A stretch of 64,000 nt of DNA, from contig JASGHJ010000001.1 of assembly GCA_047602405.1 (NCBI GenBank), forward strand, positions 1,728,001 to 1,792,000, read 5' to 3'. The notes beneath the pieces are model-generated. The model was not told the DNA's origin, did no database searches, and was given only the letters and a program-made list of their open reading frames with translations. This DNA comes from Anaeromyxobacteraceae bacterium (GTDB lineage: Bacteria > Myxococcota > Myxococcia > Myxococcales > Anaeromyxobacteraceae). Shown here piece by piece: positions 58,214 through 64,000 of the stretch (position 1 is the first letter of the stretch; each line of letters starts with the position of its first letter). Position numbers and translations under genes: made by a program.

Positions 58214-59071
58214 TCACCCCGCGATCAGCAGGATCGCGACGAGCACCGCGCCCACGCCCGCGCCCTGCGCGCGCGTGAGGCGCTCGCGCAGGAAGACGGC
58301 GGCGAGGAGCACCGTGCTCGCGGGGTAGAGCGACGAGAGCACCGCGGCGACGTCGAGGCGCCCGGCCTGGCTCGCGAGCACGAAGAAGGCGTTGCCGCTC
58401 GCGTCGAGGAGGCCGGAGAGCAGCACGAGGGGCCAGGCGCCGCGCGGCGGGACCTTCGCGACCGGCGAGGTCGCCAGCGCGATGATCGAGAGCACCGCGG
58501 AGGTGCCGCGGGCGGCGGCGAGGGGCCAGAAGGTGCCGCCGGCGCCGGCGACGCGCATGAGGAGCAGGAAGCCGCCGAAGCCGGCGCCCGCGAGCAGCGC
58601 GAGGGCGAGGCCGCTCCTGCCGCTCGAGCCCGGCGCCTCGGAGGCGGCGACGAGCCAGATGCCCGCGAGGGCGATGCCGAAGCCCACGAGCTTCGGCCAC
58701 GGCGGCACGCCCTCGACGACGGTCCCCGCGAGCACGGGGATCGCGGCCGAGAGCACGGCCGAGACGGGGGCGACCACGCCCATCCGGCCCACCGCGAGGC
58801 CGCGGTAGAGCGCGGCGAGGCCGAGCGCGCCCGCGGCGCCGGCGGCGGCGGCCCAGAGCAGCGAGGAGGAGAAGGCGAGCGGCTCGTGCGCGAGGAGCGC
58901 GACCGCGACGATCGACGCGACGCCCGCCGTCTGGCCCCACGCGAGCACGGCCGGGAGCGGTGCCCTGCGCGAGGCGAGGCCGCCGGAGAAGTCCCCTGCG
59001 CCCCAGGAGGCGGCGGAGGTGAGGCCGAAGACGATGGCGGCGAGCTCGGGGGGCACGCGCCTTCCTGCCAC
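58214..59071 (-). CDS. EamA/DMT-family transporter
   Basis: WGAGDFSGG, LYRGLAVGRMGVVAP and SSLYP...LRERL motifs; about 10 TMs; start may be GTG 59056. Confidence 0.88.
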   Translation of the reverse strand: MAGRRVPPELAAIVFGLTSAASWGAGDFSGGLASRRAPLPAVLAWGQTAGVASIVAVALLAHEPLAFSSSLLWAAAAGAAGALGLAALYRGLAVGRMGVVAPVSAVLSAAIPVLAGTVVEGVPPWPKLVGFGIALAGIWLVAASEAPGSSGRSGLALALLAGAGFGGFLLLMRVAGAGGTFWPLAAARGTSAVLSIIALATSPVAKVPPRGAWPLVLLSGLLDASGNAFFVLASQAGRLDVAAVLSSLYPASTVLLAAVFLRERLTRAQGAGVGAVLVAILLIAG

Positions 59072-59104
59072 GGATGCCGGGCGCGCGTCGAGGGGGCCCG
59101 GTCC

Positions 59105-59599
59105 TCACCGGCAAGGATACAGGCTCTGCGTGAGCAGCCAGGCGCGGCCGCGCGCCTCGAAGCAGAACGGCGCGCCGGGCGTGCCGGCGGCGCGGGCGCG
59201 GAAGTCGAGGCAGGGGCGGCCGACCGGTCCGGCCTCCTCGTCGCGCGCGAAGGCGACCAGCACCGCCACCTGCGCGTGCTCGCGGAACAGCGCGCGGAGC
59301 GACGGCGCGGTGCCCGCGGGCGCCGAGAAGCCCGGCCCGCCGAAGAGCACGCCGCGCAGCCAGGAGCGCGGGGCGGAGAGGTCGCGCGCCACCTTCGCCC
59401 GCGGCACGACGCGATCGCCGCAGCGGAGCCCGTCCGCGGGCACGCGCGCGAGGAGCGCGGCGACGTCCTCGCGCTCGATCTCGCGCCGGAGGGCGGCGCC
59501 CACCTTCACGAGCTCGGCCGCGATCGCCGCGCGCCGGGTCTCGACCGGGTCGCCGGGAGGGTCCGCCGCGAGCGCGAGGGCGAGGAGGAGCGCGGGCAC
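59105..59599 (-). CDS. Hypothetical exported protein
   Basis: Short signal-like N-terminus; four Cys; GC3-rich. Confidence 0.5.
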   Translation of the reverse strand: MPALLLALALAADPPGDPVETRRAAIAAELVKVGAALRREIEREDVAALLARVPADGLRCGDRVVPRAKVARDLSAPRSWLRGVLFGGPGFSAPAGTAPSLRALFREHAQVAVLVAFARDEEAGPVGRPCLDFRARAAGTPGAPFCFEARGRAWLLTQSLYPCR

Positions 59600-59658
59600 G
59601 CCGGGAGCGTAGGGCGCCGGACGGCCCGGCGCCAGGCATCGTCAGGTCGCGGGAGGAG

Positions 59659-60939
59659 CTACGGCGCCCCCCCACCTCCACCCTCGTCGGCGTCCGGGTA
59701 GTACCGATCGAAGCACTCCGGGCACAGCCCGTGGCTGAACTCCGCGCGCGAGTGGTCGGAGATGTACGTCTCGATCTTCGTCCAGTAACCCTCGTCGTCC
59801 TTGATCTTCTTGCAGTGGGCGCAGATCGGGAGGAGCCCGTGCAGCGTCTCCACCTTGCGCAGCGCGGCCGCGAGCTCCTCGACGGTGCGGCTGAGCGTGG
59901 CCGTCCGCTCCTGGACGAGGCTCTCCAGGCGATCGCGGTGGGCCCGCAGCGCCGCCTCGCTCCGCTCCAGCGCGCCGAGCTCCCGGGCGCGCGAGATCGC
60001 GAGGAACGAGGCCGCGGCGAGGGCCGGGGCGAGCCGGCGGTAGCGCGGCAGGTGGGCCGGGAAGGCGACGCCCTCGAACCCGAGGCGAGCGACCGGGGCG
60101 TCCGCGGGGCCGAGGCGCAGGAGCAGGCCGGCGCCGCCCGGGCCGGGCGCGAGCTCGCCGTCGAACCCGCGCAGGGCGGCCTCCAGCGCGGCGACGTCGC
60201 CGGCGCCGCGGCGCATCACCTCGCCGTCGAGCGGACCGCCCAGCACCAGGATCGCGAGCCGCTCGGGCGCGAACAGCACGTCCACGAGGTCGGCGAAGCG
60301 CCCGAGCACCTCGGGCTCGCCGAGCGTGGGCGGCAGCTCGTACAGGGTGTCGAGCAGGGCGGCCTTGTCGGCGGCGCGGTGCTCCGCCTCCATGCGCCGG
60401 GCGGTCTCGAGCGCCAGCGCGACCTCCCGGGCGAGGTGGTCGAGCGGGATCGCCTGCCGCTCCAGCGGGAGCTCGAGCGTCGCCGCGAGCTCCGCGGCCG
60501 CGGCGGGTGCGCCGGCGTCGAGGCCGGTGTCGAGCAGCACCACCTTCCGGTGCGCCTCGCGGACGAGCTCGAGGGCGGGCGCGAGCGGTCCGCCCTGGGC
60601 GAGCTCCTCGCGCCACGTCCGGAGCCAGCCCGGGGTGACGAGGAGCGCGCCGGCCGCGAGCGCGGGATCGAGGAGCGCGGCGTCCGCCAGCAGGTGGAAC
60701 GTCGTCGACGCGGGCGGCCACGCCGCGAGGAGGCGCGGGTCCGCGCACGCCGCGACGAGGGTCGGTGGCTCGCCGGGCTGCTGCGCCGGGGGCTCCCGCC
60801 GGAGCGGGCCACCCGCCGAGCAGCGCGCCGCGCAGGGCGCGCGCCGCACCTCCACGTTCGCGCCGAGGCGCGCCGCGGCCTCGCGGACCTCGTCCACGAG
60901 GAACCGGCAGGCGAGGAGCGGCGCGGCGGGGGTGGTCAC
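59659..60939 (-). CDS. DUF1638-like + GAF-like + coiled coil + C-terminal Cys/His domain signalling protein
   Basis: VTPGWLRTW and VLLDTG motifs; LESLVQERT helix; LPICAHCKKIKDD.GYW...FSHGLCPEC. Confidence 0.7.
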   Translation of the reverse strand: MTTPAAPLLACRFLVDEVREAAARLGANVEVRRAPCAARCSAGGPLRREPPAQQPGEPPTLVAACADPRLLAAWPPASTTFHLLADAALLDPALAAGALLVTPGWLRTWREELAQGGPLAPALELVREAHRKVVLLDTGLDAGAPAAAAELAATLELPLERQAIPLDHLAREVALALETARRMEAEHRAADKAALLDTLYELPPTLGEPEVLGRFADLVDVLFAPERLAILVLGGPLDGEVMRRGAGDVAALEAALRGFDGELAPGPGGAGLLLRLGPADAPVARLGFEGVAFPAHLPRYRRLAPALAAASFLAISRARELGALERSEAALRAHRDRLESLVQERTATLSRTVEELAAALRKVETLHGLLPICAHCKKIKDDEGYWTKIETYISDHSRAEFSHGLCPECFDRYYPDADEGGGGGAP

Positions 60940-61985
60940 GCGACCGCCCCGGTCCAGGTGAGGGGCTGGCGGCCGAACCGCTGCGCGGCCTCGGTGATCG
61001 CGAGGAGGGTGTCGAGCGGCACGGGGTAGGGGATCTCGCCGTGGTGCTCGGTGAGCACGAACCCGCCGCCCGGGGCCGCGGCGGCGACGGCGGCGCGCAC
61101 GGCGCGGGCCGCCGCCTCCCCGTCGCCCGCGTGGATCGCGAGCGAGTCGAGCCCCCCGAGGAGCACCGCCCGCCCGCGGGTGCGCTCGCGGAAGGCCTCG
61201 AGCGGCTCGCCCGCGGAGGCCACCACCGCGGCGGCGCCGGCCTCGAGGACGTCCTCCACGCGGGCGAGCGCCCGGGCGGAGGAGTGGGAGACGCCGGCGG
61301 GGGCGCCGATCGCGGCGAGCGTGCGCCGGAGCGACGGGAGGGCGAAGCGCTGCTGGAGCGCGGGGCTCGAGATCTCCGTCGCGCCGACGGGATCGACGAC
61401 GGTGATCCCCGCCGCGCCCGCCGCGCGCTGCATGAGCGCCCAGGCGACCGCGAACCGCTCGTTCACGGCGAGGAGTCGGTCCGCCTCCGCGGGCGCCTCG
61501 TGCAGGAGCTCCAGCCAGACGTGCAGGCCGAGCTGCATGGGCGGCAGCGAGTACGGCGACATGATCGCGCCCATGATCAGGCACTCGCCGTTCGCCCGCG
61601 CCACGAGCGCGCGGGTGGCCTCGAGGACGCGCCGCAGCGCCGGCACGGCGGCCGGGTCGGGCGCCTCGAGCGCGCCGAGCCGCGAGAGCCGGAGGGTGGG
61701 CGGGCCCGGCACCGGTGGGCCATCGGGCTGGAAGACCGTCTCGCCGCCGAAGGCCTCGTGCTCCACGCTGACGTAGGGGTAGGCCTGCAGCAGGTCGTGC
61801 CCGAGCAGCGCGCGCAGGCGGAGCTGGCCCTCGACCATGGCCCGGGCATCCCCGAAGTACGCCTGCAGCGGCATCTGCAGGAGGCGCGCGCCGTGCATCG
61901 TCGCCGGGATCACGTAGGGGACCCGGTCGAGGAGCCGACCCTCGAAGGCGGCGAGGAGCCGCTGCGCGGAGGTCGGGCCGCTCAC
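60936..61985 (-). CDS. Uroporphyrinogen decarboxylase / MtaA-like methyltransferase-family protein
   Basis: TS.QR...A.EG...DRVP, EHEAFGG, LLGGLD and GGGFVL...GEIP motifs; GTGA overlap. Confidence 0.8.
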   Translation of the reverse strand: MSGPTSAQRLLAAFEGRLLDRVPYVIPATMHGARLLQMPLQAYFGDARAMVEGQLRLRALLGHDLLQAYPYVSVEHEAFGGETVFQPDGPPVPGPPTLRLSRLGALEAPDPAAVPALRRVLEATRALVARANGECLIMGAIMSPYSLPPMQLGLHVWLELLHEAPAEADRLLAVNERFAVAWALMQRAAGAAGITVVDPVGATEISSPALQQRFALPSLRRTLAAIGAPAGVSHSSARALARVEDVLEAGAAAVVASAGEPLEAFRERTRGRAVLLGGLDSLAIHAGDGEAAARAVRAAVAAAAPGGGFVLTEHHGEIPYPVPLDTLLAITEAAQRFGRQPLTWTGAVA

Positions 61986-62620
61986 GGGCGCCTCGGGAGC
62001 CCCGCGAGCGCGGGAGCCTCTGCGGCGGAGCGGCCGAAGGCGTCCGCGCCGACCTTCCGCCACAGGCCGGGGTCGAGCCGGAACGGCGCCCCGCCGACGA
62101 TCACCGGCGCGGCCGACCCGCGCGCGCGCAGCTCGCCGACGAGCGTCTCCACGGCGAGCGCCGAGCGGAGGAGGAGCGCGCTCACCATCACCACCGCCGC
62201 GCCCTCGCCCGCCGCGCGCGCGGCGAAGTCGCCCGGCGAGAGCGCCGCGCCGAGGTCGATCACGGTGGCGCCGGCGGCGTGGAGGTGGGCGGCGACCATG
62301 CGCTTGCCGAGCACGTGCTGGTCCTCGAGCACGCCGAGCGCGACCCGCGGGCCCTGGCCCTCCCGGACGGGGGCACCCGGGGCGAAGCGCGCCGTGAGCT
62401 CCTCGACAATCCGCCCCGCCATGTAGACCTGCGAGAGCGACGCCTGCCCGGCCTCCCACGCGGCGCCGATGCGCTCCAGCGCGGGGACGAGCAGCAGATC
62501 GACGACGTCGTGGGGGGCCGCGCCCCGGCCGAGCGCTCCGCTCACGATCTCGCCCACCGCGGCGCGGTCCACCGCGAGCAGCTCTCGCTCGAGCTCGTCC
62601 ACCGGCAGGAGTACGTGCAT
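61982..62620 (-). CDS. Corrinoid (B12-binding) protein
   Basis: Cap domain LERIG..WE; DQHVLG (DxHxxG), SAL and VGGAP motifs. Confidence 0.88.
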   Translation of the reverse strand: MHVLLPVDELERELLAVDRAAVGEIVSGALGRGAAPHDVVDLLLVPALERIGAAWEAGQASLSQVYMAGRIVEELTARFAPGAPVREGQGPRVALGVLEDQHVLGKRMVAAHLHAAGATVIDLGAALSPGDFAARAAGEGAAVVMVSALLLRSALAVETLVGELRARGSAAPVIVGGAPFRLDPGLWRKVGADAFGRSAAEAPALAGLPRRP

Positions 62621-62758
62621 CCCGGCGCACCTCGGCCGCGTGGCGGCCCGTACCCTTCGTAGCACTCCGCGTGCCGCCGGAGCACCGACGCAGGGATGAG
62701 GCGGACCATCGGTGAAGCGTGCGGCCGCGGCGGCGGACCCCTCCGCCAACCGCGCGGA

Positions 62759-63955
62759 TCAAGGCACGCGGAGCCGGTAGAGGCGCACCTCGAGGGGGCC
62801 GTTCCAGAGCCGGTGATCGATCTCCGGTTTCACGGGGAGCGCCTGGAGGAGGAGGGGGTTCCCTGACAGGAGGAGCGCGGTCCACCCATGGTGCCGACCC
62901 ACCATCTCGCCGAGGCCGCGGTAGAAGCCGCTCAGCTTGCGCGTCTCGGTGTCGCGGCGGACCGCCCGGGGGGGCGCCGCCTTGCCACGGTGGCCGGACC
63001 CGGTCTCATCGTCACCGCTCATGAGCCGCTCGCCGTAGGGAGGGTTCATCGCGAGGGTCCCGGGCTCGCCGGTGGGCTCGAGGTCGCGGGCGTCCCCGGC
63101 CTCGATCTCGATGTCGGCCTCGAGGCGCGCGGCGAGCACGTTGCGGCGGAGCGCCTCGAGCGCCTTCGGGTGCATGTCGCGCGCGAGGATCCGCGCGGGC
63201 GCGCGGGGCAGCACCGCGGCCCGGGCCTCGGCGCGGAGCCGATCCCAGGCCGACTGCGGCGCGCCCCGGTACGAGGGCCAGCGCTGGAACGCGAAGGCGC
63301 GATCGAGCCCGGGCGCGATGCGTCGGGCGCGGAGCGCGAACTCGATCGGGAGCGTGCCGGAGCCGGCCATCGGGTCGACGAACGGGCGCTCGAGGTCGGC
63401 GCCGCCGAGGAGCAGCACCGCCGCGGCGAGCGTCTCCTTGAGCGGCGCGGGGCCCTGCGAGACCCGGTACCCGCGGCGGTGCAGGACGTCGCCGGCGAGG
63501 TCGAGCGAGAGCGTCGCCTCGCCGCGCGAGAGGTGGAGCACGATCCGGACGTCCGGGTCCTTCGTGTCGACGTCGGGCCGGGCGCCGAGCTTGTCGCGGA
63601 GCGCGTCGACGACCGCGTCCTTCACCTTGAGCGCCGCGAAGCCGGAGTGGACGATCGTCTCCGACTGCACCGAGGCGTCCACCGCGAGCGTGGTCTTCGC
63701 GGTGAGCCAGGGCTCCCAGTCGATGGCACGCGCCCCGGCGTAGAGGCCGTCGGCGTCGGCGGCCGGGAACCTCGCGAGCTCGAGCAGCACCCGCATCGCG
63801 GTGCGGGTGTGCAGGCAGACCCGCATGCCCGCCTCGAGCTTGCCCTCGAACGAGACGCCGCCGCGCTCGCCGCGGACGGCGTGCAGCTTCAGGCCCGAGA
63901 GCTCCTTCTTGAGCGCGCCCTCGGTGCCGCGGGCGCAGGTGGCGAAGAACCTCAC
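62759..63955 (-). CDS. THUMP-domain SAM-dependent RNA methyltransferase (RlmL-like)
   Basis: LHRRGYR...APLKETLAAA, DPMAGSGT and NPPYGER motifs; start may be further upstream (63997). Confidence 0.88.
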   Translation of the reverse strand: MRFFATCARGTEGALKKELSGLKLHAVRGERGGVSFEGKLEAGMRVCLHTRTAMRVLLELARFPAADADGLYAGARAIDWEPWLTAKTTLAVDASVQSETIVHSGFAALKVKDAVVDALRDKLGARPDVDTKDPDVRIVLHLSRGEATLSLDLAGDVLHRRGYRVSQGPAPLKETLAAAVLLLGGADLERPFVDPMAGSGTLPIEFALRARRIAPGLDRAFAFQRWPSYRGAPQSAWDRLRAEARAAVLPRAPARILARDMHPKALEALRRNVLAARLEADIEIEAGDARDLEPTGEPGTLAMNPPYGERLMSGDDETGSGHRGKAAPPRAVRRDTETRKLSGFYRGLGEMVGRHHGWTALLLSGNPLLLQALPVKPEIDHRLWNGPLEVRLYRLRVP

Positions 63956-64000
63956 GAGCGCGGTGATATCACGCTCACGGGGCGGGGGCCTGCTCATCCC

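Overview
This is a very GC-rich, gene-dense chromosomal window. Gene content and style (ppdK, a triple-DsbA protein, DUF4388, a stand-alone MshEN protein, MaoC pair, TatT-like lipoprotein) suggest an Anaeromyxobacter-like myxobacterium, which is an inference. I can support about 60 CDSs. I saw no rRNA, tRNA, CRISPR array or intact mobile element. Main points of interest: (1) an exported thioredoxin-TPR protein split in the ORF track by an in-frame TGA at the first position of its redox motif (WAPW-U-PTC), with a downstream hairpin, i.e. a probable selenoprotein (56864-58192); (2) a translationally coupled operon of corrinoid protein, UroD/MtaA-like protein and DUF1638-coiled coil-Cys/His-domain protein that looks like a B12/methyl-based sensing module (59659-62620); (3) two unrelated enzymes ending in the same basic tail AKKP[A/S]GKKRR; (4) an unannotated 24-aa membrane ORF with a GcvH-like remnant behind a sigma54+IHF-type promoter; (5) a hybrid kinase, TonB-dependent receptor and YfiR-like module; (6) an in-frame amber codon in a large lipoprotein and four single-base frameshifts, two of them in the same CGATTCTGG context; (7) two families of REP-like palindromic repeats. 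Family assignments come from recognising motifs by eye, not from database searches.
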